Of a DNA stretch of 64,000 nt, positions 26,373 through 36,707 are shown piece after piece (position 1 is the first letter of the stretch; every line of letters begins with the position of its first letter). The stretch spans positions 13,475-77,474 of the forward strand of contig CAYJJG010000007.1 of the NCBI GenBank assembly GCA_964370435.1. Direction: 5' to 3'. A program made the position numbers and the translations under genes. This stretch comes from an uncultured Holdemania sp. GTDB lineage: Bacteria > Bacillota_I > Bacilli_A > Erysipelotrichales > Erysipelotrichaceae. The notes under the pieces were generated by a model, which was not told where the DNA came from, made no database searches, and saw only the letters and a list, made by a program, of their open reading frames with translations.

Positions 26373-27647
26373 TTATTTTTTACCTAATAGTCTAAACATA
26401 TTCTTTTTATAAACTTCTACTCCTGGTTGATTAAATGGATTAACATCGATTAATAAACAAGTCATAGCACAAGCTTTAAAGAAGAAATAGCACATATACC
26501 CAAAAGAATAAGCACTCATATCTTCTAAAGTTAATATTAAATTAGGTACTTTACCAGTGATTTCATGGGCTTCTAGTGTTCCTTGACAAGCCATTTTATT
26601 AACCCAATCTAAACTTTTACCTGCAAGATAATTCATATGATCTAAATCATCTTCATCACTTGGGAAAACTCCATCTAGTGTTGGTTTTTCTACTAAAACT
26701 AAAGTTTCAAACAATATTTTATTTCCATCCTGAACAAATTGTCCTAGTGAATGTAAATCCGTCGAAAAATTAGCACTGCACGGTAAAACACCTTTTCCAT
26801 CTTTTCCTTCAGATTCACCAAATAATTGTTTCCACCATTCAGCAATCATTGCCATTTGAGGCTCATATGTAACTAACATTTCTGCCACTTTTCCTTGATT
26901 TTCTAAAATACGGCGAGCAACTGCATATTGATAAGCTACATTATTTTTTAAATCATCATTATTAAAATCATCATAAGCTTGCGCACAACCAGCCATCAAT
27001 GTTTTAACATCAACTCCAGCTAATGCCAATGGAAGAAGGCCCACTGCTGTAATAACTGAAAATCTTCCACCGATATCATCAGGAATCACAAAAGTTTGAT
27101 ATCCTTCTTTATCAGCTAACTCTTTTAATGTTCCACGTTGTTTATCTGTAGTTGCCAGAATTCTAGTTTTACATTCCTCTTTTCCATATTTCTTTTCCAT
27201 CATTTGTTTAATCATTCTAAAAGCCATTGCAGTTTCTGTTGTTGTACCTGACTTAGAAATAACATTACAAACTACTGATTTGTTTTCTATGTATTGTTCG
27301 ATTTGTTTAAAATAGGTACTTGAAAAAGTATTTCCGATAAATATAATTTCTGTATTATTCTCTGGATATAACCCTTGTACCATTTCAATCGCAGCTCGTG
27401 CTCCAAGATATGATCCACCAATTCCGCATACCAATAATACTTCGCACTTGTCTTTTATTTTTTCTGATACTTCTAAAATACGATTAAACTCTTCTTTATC
27501 GTAATCTTTAGGCCAGCTAACCCATCCTATATAATCATTCCCATTACATGTTTTATCTATTAACGATTGATGTATTTTGGTTACTTCTTGTTGATACGCA
27601 AGAATATCTTCTTGTAAAAAAGCATGTGTTGTGTCAAATTTAATCAT
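26373..27647 (-). CDS. pgi: Glucose-6-phosphate isomerase (short Firmicutes type)
   Basis: GIGGSYLGARA, ISKSGTTTETA, GGRFSV, ESEGK. Confidence 0.93.
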   Translation of the reverse strand: MIKFDTTHAFLQEDILAYQQEVTKIHQSLIDKTCNGNDYIGWVSWPKDYDKEEFNRILEVSEKIKDKCEVLLVCGIGGSYLGARAAIEMVQGLYPENNTEIIFIGNTFSSTYFKQIEQYIENKSVVCNVISKSGTTTETAMAFRMIKQMMEKKYGKEECKTRILATTDKQRGTLKELADKEGYQTFVIPDDIGGRFSVITAVGLLPLALAGVDVKTLMAGCAQAYDDFNNDDLKNNVAYQYAVARRILENQGKVAEMLVTYEPQMAMIAEWWKQLFGESEGKDGKGVLPCSANFSTDLHSLGQFVQDGNKILFETLVLVEKPTLDGVFPSDEDDLDHMNYLAGKSLDWVNKMACQGTLEAHEITGKVPNLILTLEDMSAYSFGYMCYFFFKACAMTCLLIDVNPFNQPGVEVYKKNMFRLLGKK

Positions 27648-28008
27648 TGTTTATCTCCTTCTTTGCATCCTCAATCCAATTTGGCATGGCTTCCGCAACT
27701 GATTTAAAACCTATTTTATTTTCAGGTAAATAATACTTCTTTTGTTTCATCCTTGCTTTTCTAAAAGTAGTCATCTGTGTCGCTTTTAATGATAATCGAG
27801 CTTGTTTTCCAGCTTCATCAATATCAATTACTTTAACACTTACCTTGTCTTTAATATTCACAAAGTTTTTGACATCTTTTACATAACCATCAGAAATTTC
27901 AGAAATATGTATTAGTCCTGATGTATTTTCATCAAACATCACAAAGGCACCGTAAGCTTGAATACCTGTAATTGTTCCTTCTAAAATTTGCCCTATCTTT
28001 AATTGCAT
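27640..28008 (-). CDS. S1 RNA-binding domain protein (general stress protein 13 / YugI-like)
   Basis: GQILEGTITGIQAYGAFVMF...GLIHISEI S1 motif. 122 aa. 8-nt overlap with pgi. Confidence 0.8.
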   Translation of the reverse strand: MQLKIGQILEGTITGIQAYGAFVMFDENTSGLIHISEISDGYVKDVKNFVNIKDKVSVKVIDIDEAGKQARLSLKATQMTTFRKARMKQKKYYLPENKIGFKSVAEAMPNWIEDAKKEINND

Positions 28009-28041
28009 AGTCCTTCTCCAATCAAATAGTATTATATCATT

Positions 28042-29346
28042 TTAATTAATTTTTTCATCAACAATTTCTAATTGTGTTCTAAGAAGCAATGCCGCACTAA
28101 TTTCTTTGGGAAATAAGCCCATCAAAATTAATTGTACACTACTTATATTTTGTTCATCTAATAACTTAACTATAAAACAAATTAGTTGAGCTTGTGATAA
28201 ATCATTTAATAGCTTTCTAACTTGGCTTACCCTTAAAAAACGACTATCTAAATTAATATTTTGATATTCATCTTGATGATCTCGATAATAATTGATACAT
28301 TTTTGCATTGCTTCCTCTTCGATCATAACTTCATTAGTATGTCCAAAAAAGATACTATATACAATATCAAGTGCGATAGTAGCGTACTCATTAATAGAAA
28401 GCATACTTCTTTCACTATAATTTTTCAAATAAGAAGTGCATGGTTGATCTTTAAATGGATTCAGTGTCTTTCTTATTTTACCTTTGTTTAATGCAATCTC
28501 ATAAACTAAAATTTTACGATAATATTGTTTGATGACTTCTTCATTTAATGTGTCTTTAACAAAGTTTAATGTTACACCATCTAGTTTCTTTAATGCTTGT
28601 AACATATCATAAAAGCCCGATTCAACACGAAGATCGATACTACTACGTTCAAAATCTAGAAAAGAACCTAAATCTTCTTTGGCACGGACATAATTAATAT
28701 TAGGTCTACCTATAAAAACTGGATGAGTAATTTTATGGTTAAGGTCAATTACTACTAGCTCATCTGCACCCATTTTAAGTGCTAATTCTACTGGGCAATT
28801 ATCTACATAACCACCATCGACAAAATAATTACCTTCTATTTCACAAACAGGAAAAGCAGGAAAACAACTTGCAGTAGCCAATAAATACGATGCATAGTTA
28901 TCTTTATTAAAATCTTTTTTAGTCAACATATGCGCTTGATTATTTGATATGTCATAAGTAACTAAACCAAAATCGATAGTGGACTTCATCAGAAGTTCAT
29001 AGTCAGCACAGGAATTAATTAAAGATTTTAAAGGAGTGATATCCACACTTCCATCGCTAACCATTTGTTTAAAAAAACGATAAACTTCTGCTTTCTTCTC
29101 TATAATTTCATCAATATTTTCACTAATTGAAACTCCACCAGCAATAACATCTTCCACTGTAATCTTTTCAAAAATAGTAATGATTTTATCACTTTGGTGT
29201 TGGGCAACCATAGCACCAACCAAAGCTCCGATACTTGTTCCTACAACAATATCAAAATCCATGGGATATTGTTTTAGTGCTTTTAATACGCCAATATGAT
29301 AAGCTCCTTTGGCTCCTCCTCCTGCTAAAACAAGTGCTTTTTTCAT
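28042..29346 (-). CDS. Patatin-like phospholipase
   Basis: GGGAKGAYHIGVLKAL oxyanion motif, GTSIGA (GxSxG), catalytic Asp in FVDGGYVDN. Confidence 0.85.
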   Translation of the reverse strand: MKKALVLAGGGAKGAYHIGVLKALKQYPMDFDIVVGTSIGALVGAMVAQHQSDKIITIFEKITVEDVIAGGVSISENIDEIIEKKAEVYRFFKQMVSDGSVDITPLKSLINSCADYELLMKSTIDFGLVTYDISNNQAHMLTKKDFNKDNYASYLLATASCFPAFPVCEIEGNYFVDGGYVDNCPVELALKMGADELVVIDLNHKITHPVFIGRPNINYVRAKEDLGSFLDFERSSIDLRVESGFYDMLQALKKLDGVTLNFVKDTLNEEVIKQYYRKILVYEIALNKGKIRKTLNPFKDQPCTSYLKNYSERSMLSINEYATIALDIVYSIFFGHTNEVMIEEEAMQKCINYYRDHQDEYQNINLDSRFLRVSQVRKLLNDLSQAQLICFIVKLLDEQNISSVQLILMGLFPKEISAALLLRTQLEIVDEKIN

Positions 29347-29513
29347 GGACTACCTCCTGTAATAATTTTATCATAGTTCTTTCTATTGTAAAAGATATCT
29401 ACTTTAGTTAAAACTTTATTATTAACTATTATTAACTATTATGTTATAGTAATTCTTGTTAAAAATAGTAGATATATGCTATACTTTATGGGCGTTAGTA
29501 AAGAGGTACAATT

Positions 29514-29984
29514 ATGGATTATTTCCCACTTATTGCAGCAATAACAGCTAACCTTACAGCACAAATTGTTAAACCGATATTCTATTACCGTATGCATAAA
29601 AAATGGGATTTAGAAATTATATTTGATAGCGGGGGCTTTCCGAGCTCACATACTGCAACCGTCGTTGCATTAGCTGTTTCTATCGGAATTAGCGAAGGTA
29701 TTCATACCTCTATTTTTGCTGTAGTTTTAATATTTGCATTAATCGTTTGTTATGATGCTGCAAATGTGCGTTATTATGCTGGCCAAAATATTAAAATAAC
29801 TCAACAGTTAATTAAAGATATTCAATCTTTAACCCAAACTAAATTAAACGATCCCATCTATTTAACTAAAATAAAAAATGTTCTTGGGCATAAATGGATT
29901 GAAATCGTTGGCGGTATCTTTTGGGGTATTTTTATTACCCTAGTAACCTTTTATTTATATTTAACGATATTGGAGAGACTATGA
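29514..29984 (+). CDS. Divergent PAP2 family membrane protein (YuiD-like)
   Basis: 156 aa with SGGFPSSHTATVVALA and YDAANVR motifs. Confidence 0.8.
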   Translation: MDYFPLIAAITANLTAQIVKPIFYYRMHKKWDLEIIFDSGGFPSSHTATVVALAVSIGISEGIHTSIFAVVLIFALIVCYDAANVRYYAGQNIKITQQLIKDIQSLTQTKLNDPIYLTKIKNVLGHKWIEIVGGIFWGIFITLVTFYLYLTILERL

Positions 29985-30214
29985 AAACTACAGAAGATAA
30001 AATCAAAGAAACACTCAATAAGATTCGCCCCTACATCCAACGAGATGGTGGTGATGTTGAATACGTAGCTTTTGAAAATGGTATTGTATATGTCAGAATG
30101 CTTGGAGCTTGTGCTGACTGCTTATCTCTTGATGATACCTTAAAAGATGGTATTGAAGCAATTCTACTAGATGAAGTTGAAGGCGTAAGTGAAGTTCGCT
30201 TAGCTTTATATTAG
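29981..30214 (+). CDS. NifU/Nfu C-terminal-domain Fe-S assembly protein
   Basis: 77 aa from MKTTEDKIKETLNKIRPYIQRDGGDVEYV...GACADC. GGAGAG SD and ATGA overlap with the preceding gene. The track start is over-extended. Confidence 0.8.
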   Translation: MKTTEDKIKETLNKIRPYIQRDGGDVEYVAFENGIVYVRMLGACADCLSLDDTLKDGIEAILLDEVEGVSEVRLALY

Positions 30215-30241
30215 ACTTGAAATATTCAAGTCTTTTTTTTA
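30213..30241. terminator. Rho-independent terminator
   Basis: AGACTTGAAatatTTCAAGTCTtttttttt. Confidence 0.85.
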
Positions 30242-30913
30242 TACAATTTTTTCAAAGATTACATTCGGTATTTCTCCTTGGGTAATTTGAATCACTAAAG
30301 GTATTCTACAATCAATAGGAACTGTATTAACTAAAAAAGGTGTAATCACGGTCATCTGCGTAGTGATCACTAAATCAATTTCTACCAAAGTATTGTTTAT
30401 ACCATAAGGAGAAGTTGTAACCTGTATTTCACCATGATTAGTATGAAGGACTTTTAATCGTACATCTATCTTGGGTCCAAATTCTGAAAACAGTGCAATG
30501 CCTGTAAAATATCCAAAAGGTACTGAATAGATAATCCCACGATCATAATATAAAATATGAGTATTAGGATCCATTTCACCATTCGACATTGCTGTAAGCG
30601 AGCGCTCGGATGCATCTAACCCTTCACTTAAAATAGTATTTAATTTCATAGTATTATAGTTTATACCAATAACTTTTCCATTTTCATCATACGTGTTATA
30701 AACTAAATCATTGGTATCTAGTTTTAATGACTGGACTGCATGTAAAATAACATTAGTTGCTGCATTACTTGCCTCTACCTTAGCTATGCTCGCAATTTGA
30801 GGGCGAATCTGTTCATTAATCGAATAGATTAAAAAAGTAGGCACAGCGATAAGAAAAACAATGGCTAAAAAAACAATATATTTAATTTTCATTAAACATT
30901 TTAAGCAACGCAT
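30239..30913 (-). CDS. yunB: Sporulation protein YunB-like
   Basis: N-terminal TM (IVFLAIVFLIAVPTFLI), then INEQIRPQIASIAKVEASNAATNVILHAV... The gene lies downstream of a DUF1805 (yunC-like) gene, as in Bacillus. The start is uncertain (ATG at 30913 or 30892). Confidence 0.5.
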   Translation of the reverse strand: MRCLKCLMKIKYIVFLAIVFLIAVPTFLIYSINEQIRPQIASIAKVEASNAATNVILHAVQSLKLDTNDLVYNTYDENGKVIGINYNTMKLNTILSEGLDASERSLTAMSNGEMDPNTHILYYDRGIIYSVPFGYFTGIALFSEFGPKIDVRLKVLHTNHGEIQVTTSPYGINNTLVEIDLVITTQMTVITPFLVNTVPIDCRIPLVIQITQGEIPNVIFEKIV

Positions 30914-31181
30914 CCTTCCCTTGCATCGACTTTTCAATTCCAATTGCTTGTGCTGAAAGAGAAATATAATCAACAGTATTGCTCATCAATTCTTCCACTG
31001 TTTTTCCACTACCAATACATACAAGTGCGTTTTCATGCTTATGCAGCTCTTCTATACTCCAATATTGATCAAACAAAATTCCTTTAGTACAATAAATCAA
31101 TTGTGTAGAAATTTTAGGCAAATGAATAACCACATGGACAAAACGAATATTATTTATACTCAACTGCTTTACCTCAACCAT
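30882..31181 (-). CDS. DUF1805 (YunC-like) protein
   Basis: 99 aa. VVIHLPKISTQLIYCTKGILFD...GKTVEELMSNTVDYISLSAQAIGIEKSMQGKDALLKMF parallels B. subtilis YunC as I recall it. Confidence 0.5.
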   Translation of the reverse strand: MVEVKQLSINNIRFVHVVIHLPKISTQLIYCTKGILFDQYWSIEELHKHENALVCIGSGKTVEELMSNTVDYISLSAQAIGIEKSMQGKDALLKMFNEN

Positions 31182-31405
31182 AATATCACCTCTCTATAGT
31201 ATAGTAATAACGAAGTTAATTATGATTATTTTAAAAATTGTATTTTTATTAATAAATGCAATTTTTTTACAACTTTAGTACGAAAATAATTAGTAATTTG
31301 ATTATATATTCAATTTTTTTGTGTGTTTTTTGTTTATTTTTTTGTATTTGGTTGACAAAACCTAATTTTAACATACAATAATAATAACTTAAAAAGGAGA
31401 AAATT

Positions 31406-33493
31406 ATGAATAAATCAAATCCCTTTAGTAACTTTGGCTCTTTAGTCTTCAATGAACACCTTATGAAAGAGCGTTTGCCTCACCCTTCTTATATCGCTTG
31501 GAAAAAAACGGTATCAAAAGAAAGTAAATTAGACCGCAATACCGCCGATGACATTGCCCACGCAATGAAACGTTGGGCTTTAGAAAACAACTGTACTCAT
31601 TTCACTCACTGGTTTCAACCGATGACCGGATCGACAGCTGAAAAACATGAATCTTTTATTGAACCCGATAGGGACAATATGCCCTTAGTACGTTTTTCAG
31701 GAAAAAGTTTAATCAAAGGTGAACCTGATGCATCTAGCTTTCCAAGTGGTGGACTTCGCGCAACATTTGAAGCTCGTGGTTATACTTATTGGGACTGCAC
31801 AAGCCCAGCATTTATTCGTGATAATGTACTTTGTATTCCTACTGTATTTATCTCTTATACAGGAGAAAGTTTAGATAAAAAATCACCACTTTTAAAATCT
31901 TGCGATGCGGTAGATAGTGCAGCCACAAAGATTGTAAATATCTTTGGCGATAAAGATGTCAAACATGTATCTCCTATGGTAGGGCTTGAACAAGAGTATT
32001 TTTTAATCGATCGAGGTTTTTACGAAAAAAGACTCGATCTAAAATTATGTCAAAGAACCCTTTTTGGTGCACTACCACCAAAAGCTCAAGAAATGGATGA
32101 CCACTATTTCGGAAGCATTCCAACACGTGTGGCTGCATTTATGAAAGAAGTAAATGAAGAACTTTGGAAACTAGGAATATATGCAAAAGCTGAACACAAC
32201 GAAGTTGCACCTTGCCAATTTGAACTAGCACCTGTATTTTCTCACGTAAATATTGCCGTAGATCAAAATCAATTAACTATGGATATTTTAAAGAAAACAG
32301 CAGAAAAACATGGTTTCGCATGTCTTCTTCATGAAAAGCCTTTTAAAGGAATTAATGGTTCAGGAAAGCACAACAATTATTCTCTAGTTAGTGATGATAA
32401 ACAAAACTTATTTGAACCTGGGGATAAACCTTCTGAAAATGTACGCTTTTTACTCTTTGTCTGCGCCTTTATTAAAGCGGTTGACACTTACCCTGAATTA
32501 CTTCGTATTGTTGCATCTGGAGCTGGAAATGATCATCGTTTAGGAGCAAGCGAGGCACCTCCTGCAATCATCTCTATATATATGGGTGATGTCATCGAAA
32601 ACATTTTATTAAACCTTGAGGACGGAGCTTACCAAGGAAATAAAAACGAAAATGACAACAACTTTAATTCTATTGGTGGTTTATCTTATGTGCCAAAAGA
32701 TAATACGGACCGTAATCGCACATCACCAATGGCATTCACCGGAAATAAATTTGAATTTAGAATGGTAGGCTCTTCTTTATCCTCCGCTTCAGCTAATATT
32801 GCTTTAAACACTATGCTTGCAGATGTATTAAATGATATAGCTTTAGAGTTAGAAGATTTAAAATATAAACAAGATATACGCGAGAAAGCTTTAAAAATTT
32901 GCAAACGCATAATTAAAGATCATAAGCGTATCCTATTCTCAAAAGATGGTTACTCAGATGATTGGAAAGATGAAGCCCAACAACGTGGCTTAGTAAATAT
33001 TCCATCTTATATCGAAGCAGTTGGATACTACACTAGCGATAAAATCATTAAACTTTATTCAAAAAATAACGTGTTTAATGAAAAAGAGCTTGAAGCTCGC
33101 AAAGACATTCTAATTGAACAGTACAATAACACCATTAATATCGAAACCAAAACTATGAATACAATGATACACAAGGAAATCATCCCAAATATAATCAAGC
33201 ATTTGAATTTATTATATAAAGTACCATCATCAGTAATATCTACTAGCTATTTTACAGAAATTATCGAACGATTAACTACTACCATTGAAGACTTAAACAA
33301 ATTAAGTTTCAGTTGTAGTGAATTAATCACAGAATTAAACCAGTTAGATGATAAATTAAATTGTGGCTTACGTATTCGCAAAGAAGTAGTTCCATTATTG
33401 GATGCCATGCGAACTATTATTGATGACTATGAAAACATCGCCCCAAAAGAATGTTACAACATCCCAACCTATTCAGATATGTTATTTAAATAA
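31406..33493 (+). CDS. glnN: Glutamine synthetase type III
   Basis: 695 aa with a GSIII-type N-terminus, GLEQEYFLIDR and INGSGKHNNYSL. AAAGGAG SD. A TTGACA-16-TACAAT promoter lies about 31352-31379. Confidence 0.88.
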   Translation: MNKSNPFSNFGSLVFNEHLMKERLPHPSYIAWKKTVSKESKLDRNTADDIAHAMKRWALENNCTHFTHWFQPMTGSTAEKHESFIEPDRDNMPLVRFSGKSLIKGEPDASSFPSGGLRATFEARGYTYWDCTSPAFIRDNVLCIPTVFISYTGESLDKKSPLLKSCDAVDSAATKIVNIFGDKDVKHVSPMVGLEQEYFLIDRGFYEKRLDLKLCQRTLFGALPPKAQEMDDHYFGSIPTRVAAFMKEVNEELWKLGIYAKAEHNEVAPCQFELAPVFSHVNIAVDQNQLTMDILKKTAEKHGFACLLHEKPFKGINGSGKHNNYSLVSDDKQNLFEPGDKPSENVRFLLFVCAFIKAVDTYPELLRIVASGAGNDHRLGASEAPPAIISIYMGDVIENILLNLEDGAYQGNKNENDNNFNSIGGLSYVPKDNTDRNRTSPMAFTGNKFEFRMVGSSLSSASANIALNTMLADVLNDIALELEDLKYKQDIREKALKICKRIIKDHKRILFSKDGYSDDWKDEAQQRGLVNIPSYIEAVGYYTSDKIIKLYSKNNVFNEKELEARKDILIEQYNNTINIETKTMNTMIHKEIIPNIIKHLNLLYKVPSSVISTSYFTEIIERLTTTIEDLNKLSFSCSELITELNQLDDKLNCGLRIRKEVVPLLDAMRTIIDDYENIAPKECYNIPTYSDMLFK

Positions 33494-33529
33494 AATACAA
33501 AAAAATAGATTTATTTATGTAAAAATAAA

Positions 33530-33585
33530 AGGCAACCTTGTAAAGAAGAACACTTGTTTCTTCCTGCAAAGCTGCCTTTTGTCTA
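33530..33585. terminator. Imperfect bidirectional hairpin terminator
   Basis: AAAAGGCAaCcTTGtaaagaagaaca...CTGCAAAGCTGCCTTTTg, between convergent genes. Confidence 0.55.
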
Positions 33586-33605
33586 TTATTTATTAACTGT
33601 ATATT

Positions 33606-34745
33606 TTAATCAACAGTTATTTTCTTTTGTTGCAATCTCTTTTTGATATCCTTTTTAACTAAGATATAAATTATAGAGAAGACCGGCACCCCTAAAAACA
33701 TCCCGACAATTCCAAATAGCGATCCACCAACAATAATCGCAAACATCACCCATAGTGCAGGAAGCCCCATAGAATTACCTAAAATTTTAGGACCCAAGAT
33801 ATTACCATCAAATTGTTGTAAAGCTAAAATCCATATTGCAAAAATCAATGATTCTTGAGGACTTGTAATCAATAATATAATTAGTCCAGGTATTGCTCCT
33901 ATAAAAGGACCAAAGAAAGGAATCATATTAGTTACACCGACAATAAAACTGATTAATAATGCAAAATCAATTCTTAAAAGTGTCATCCCAATATAACACA
34001 ATATACCAATAATTAATGAATCAATGGATTTACCAACCACAAACATTCTAAACATTGTACTAGAAGTTGCTGCTAACTCTTGTAGCCAATCAGCATGCTT
34101 TTTATTGAATACAGCATAAACAAGTTGTTTAACATTACGGTAAAAACGCTCTTTATCTAGCATAATATATACTGCAACAATCAGGGCAATAAAGAAATTA
34201 ACAAAATTCGTCATGAAATTTAAAGAGTAATCTAATACTACTGGCACTTGTTCAGTAAAGATATTTACTGCATTTTCAATATTTTCAGTGATGTAGTCAT
34301 TAGCCCAATTGTAAATATCATTGATAACCTCTACTTCACTTAATAGTTCCGAAAAATAAACACTACTTTCAGCAATTGATACTGCATAATTATCAATAAA
34401 AATACGAATACTATTTATTACTTGTGAGCCAACTAATACTACAAAACTTAAACACACAACAATAAAAATAAATACTGTTAATGTTACCGATAGCTTACGT
34501 TTTGTTCCATTAGACAAGGATAATTTCTTAAATAAACCATATTCAATCTTATTGCATAACACCCCTAGTAAGAAGGATAATGCGAACCCTAATATAAAAG
34601 GTGTTATGACTTTAATAAGTCCATCAATGAAATCATAAATAGGATCAATATTGTATATCAATAAATAAAAGGCAACAATAATAATGCCACTTATGGAAAA
34701 CGTTAATATCTTTTCTTGCATTTCTTGCGTAATTTTTGATCTCAT
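33606..34745 (-). CDS. AI-2E family transporter (PerM/UPF0118)
   Basis: 379-aa polytopic membrane protein. C-terminal half has the typical pattern IPFFGPFIGAIPG...LQQFDGNILGPKILG. Confidence 0.8.
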   Translation of the reverse strand: MRSKITQEMQEKILTFSISGIIIVAFYLLIYNIDPIYDFIDGLIKVITPFILGFALSFLLGVLCNKIEYGLFKKLSLSNGTKRKLSVTLTVFIFIVVCLSFVVLVGSQVINSIRIFIDNYAVSIAESSVYFSELLSEVEVINDIYNWANDYITENIENAVNIFTEQVPVVLDYSLNFMTNFVNFFIALIVAVYIMLDKERFYRNVKQLVYAVFNKKHADWLQELAATSSTMFRMFVVGKSIDSLIIGILCYIGMTLLRIDFALLISFIVGVTNMIPFFGPFIGAIPGLIILLITSPQESLIFAIWILALQQFDGNILGPKILGNSMGLPALWVMFAIIVGGSLFGIVGMFLGVPVFSIIYILVKKDIKKRLQQKKITVD

Positions 34746-34869
34746 TTTATCACCGTTTCTTTCTATATCATTTTAACATGAACCCCTTAACAATATCTAT
34801 TAATTTAACAAAAAACATGATAAACTATTATTTATAAAAATTTAAGAAAATCTTTAGAAGGAGTATACT

Positions 34870-35355
34870 ATGTTATATCTATTAATAGGGTCAGCACTAG
34901 GATCATTACTATTATTTTCATTTTTAAAAGAGTATCAAAGAATGCTTAAAGAAACAAAGAAAATATTACTTACTAGAAAAGATTATCAACTAAACAATCA
35001 TGCATTAGGTGTTCAGATAGTTAGTGTTATTGGTATTTTATTAGGAATTATCACTGCCTTTATCGGAGAGCTTACGGCTGATCAAGTTAGCGCTGCTTTA
35101 GGCATTGCATTAACACTAATTTTTGTAGGACAATTTTTTCTTCTTGGTTATCGAAATCGTTATTGGTCAAATGAAGATAGTATTGTTACAAGTGGTAAAC
35201 TAATTAAATTCAAATCCGTTAAACAGATTAAAAAATTCAGATCACTAGCTGCTTCTAACTATTCTATTATTACCTTTAGCGGTCAAGATATTATGGTTTC
35301 TAAAAAAACAGCATTGTTTCTTAGTGACAAGACAAAGAAAAGTATTAGTAAATAA
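34870..35355 (+). CDS. Hypothetical membrane protein
   Basis: 161 aa with three predicted TM helices and a GGAG SD. No recognisable motif. Confidence 0.5.
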   Translation: MLYLLIGSALGSLLLFSFLKEYQRMLKETKKILLTRKDYQLNNHALGVQIVSVIGILLGIITAFIGELTADQVSAALGIALTLIFVGQFFLLGYRNRYWSNEDSIVTSGKLIKFKSVKQIKKFRSLAASNYSIITFSGQDIMVSKKTALFLSDKTKKSISK

Positions 35356-35387
35356 ACTAATGCTTTTGTTTTAAATGAGGTGAGTTT

Positions 35388-36155
35388 ATGAAAGTAATGT
35401 CTTTTAATTTAAAAAATGATACACAATTCACAACACATAAAATGCGTTGGGAAAACAGAAAAAATCATGTATTAAATATTATCCATACTTATAAACCCGA
35501 TGTTATTGGTGTCCAAGAATTAACACCCTCTATAAAGATACAACTTCAAGAGCTTCTTCCTGAATATAACTTCTCAGGAAAAGGCAGATATAATTCTTTA
35601 ACACGCTTTAATGAACAAACAGATATTGCCTATCGCAGAGATAAATATCGTCCTATAGAAGAGTCCACTTTTTGGCTCTCTAAAACACCTGAACTTCCTG
35701 GAAGTCGATTATGGTCTAGTATATTCCCAAGAATATGCACTTATGTTAAATTACAAGATATTAAGACTGATAAAAGCTTTGTAGTATTCAATACCCACTT
35801 AGACCACTTACTTCCTTACACCCGCAGAAAAGAACTGACAATATTAGCAGATATCCTTAAACAAACAAAGGAACCTTTAATCTTAATGGGCGATTTTAAT
35901 ACCAATTTAAATAGTGCAGCCTTTAAGAGTTTCTTTGAAAAAATTAATTTTTTAAACGATACCTATAGTCAAGTTCAACATTTAGGACACAACACCATTC
36001 ATGCCGGTTTTGGATTTATAAGACAAAAAACTAGACCTATTGACTATATCTTTACCAGTACATCTTTTAAAGTAAAAACCTGCATCATTATCACTACCGA
36101 TTTCAATGGTGCCTATCCCTCAGATCATTATCCAATATATTGTGAATTAGAATAG
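35388..36155 (+). CDS. Endonuclease/exonuclease/phosphatase (EEP) family protein
   Basis: VIGVQEL, NTHLDH, GDFN, SDHYPI motifs. Confidence 0.85.
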   Translation: MKVMSFNLKNDTQFTTHKMRWENRKNHVLNIIHTYKPDVIGVQELTPSIKIQLQELLPEYNFSGKGRYNSLTRFNEQTDIAYRRDKYRPIEESTFWLSKTPELPGSRLWSSIFPRICTYVKLQDIKTDKSFVVFNTHLDHLLPYTRRKELTILADILKQTKEPLILMGDFNTNLNSAAFKSFFEKINFLNDTYSQVQHLGHNTIHAGFGFIRQKTRPIDYIFTSTSFKVKTCIIITTDFNGAYPSDHYPIYCELE

Positions 36156-36164
36156 GAGAATTTA

Positions 36165-36707
36165 ATGAATACATATCTTAATTTATTTAGTACTTTCTTT
36201 AAAATGGGTGCAGTAACCTTTGGTGGTGGTTATGCCATGCTTCCTATACTTGAAAAAGAAGTTGTCGAAAGACATCAGTGGGTTTCAAAAGAAGATTTAA
36301 TGGATTATTATGCTGTTGCTCAGTGTACCCCTGGAATTATTGCCATCAATGTCGCTACCTTTGTAGGCTATAATGAAAAAGGCCTTATAGGAAGCATCTT
36401 TTCTACAGCCGGTATTGTAGCACCATCACTTATCATCATAACCATTATTGCTGCATTTATTACTAACTTCACTGAATTAAGCATCGTAGTACATGCATTA
36501 AATGGATTAAGAGTTGGTATCAGCGCAATAGTGCTTCACTCGATTTATAAACTTGCCAAAAATAGTATCAAAGATTTATTTTCCATTACACTATTTTTAA
36601 TCACCTTTATGGTTTCCCTTTTATTTGATGTCTCTGTTATTATTCTTACTATAATGGCTATTGTTGTGGGTATCATAAAAATGAAAGTAGGTAGCAGCCA
36701 TGAATAA
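36165..36707 (+). CDS. Chromate transporter (CHR) family, short-chain half 1
   Basis: GAVTFGGGYAMLPILEKEVV...QCTPG. Paired with an overlapping second half. Confidence 0.85.
   Translation: MNTYLNLFSTFFKMGAVTFGGGYAMLPILEKEVVERHQWVSKEDLMDYYAVAQCTPGIIAINVATFVGYNEKGLIGSIFSTAGIVAPSLIIITIIAAFITNFTELSIVVHALNGLRVGISAIVLHSIYKLAKNSIKDLFSITLFLITFMVSLLFDVSVIILTIMAIVVGIIKMKVGSSHE

Noticed and set aside
29421-29440. Tandem ATTAACTATT x2 in the patatin/PAP2 intergenic region, and GATAACT-N3-GATAACT at 16330-16346
   Set aside because: Very short, low-complexity AT-rich repeats with no associated dyad or gene context. They are likely chance or simple promoter-region sequence.
31267-31452. Short AT-rich intergenic ORFs from the track (31267-31452, 33402-33596, 37187-37435, 56560-56742, 39545-39781)
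   Set aside because: They span promoters, terminators or the starts of real genes, have no SD, and give Lys/Ile/Phe-rich translations typical of random AT-rich sequence.
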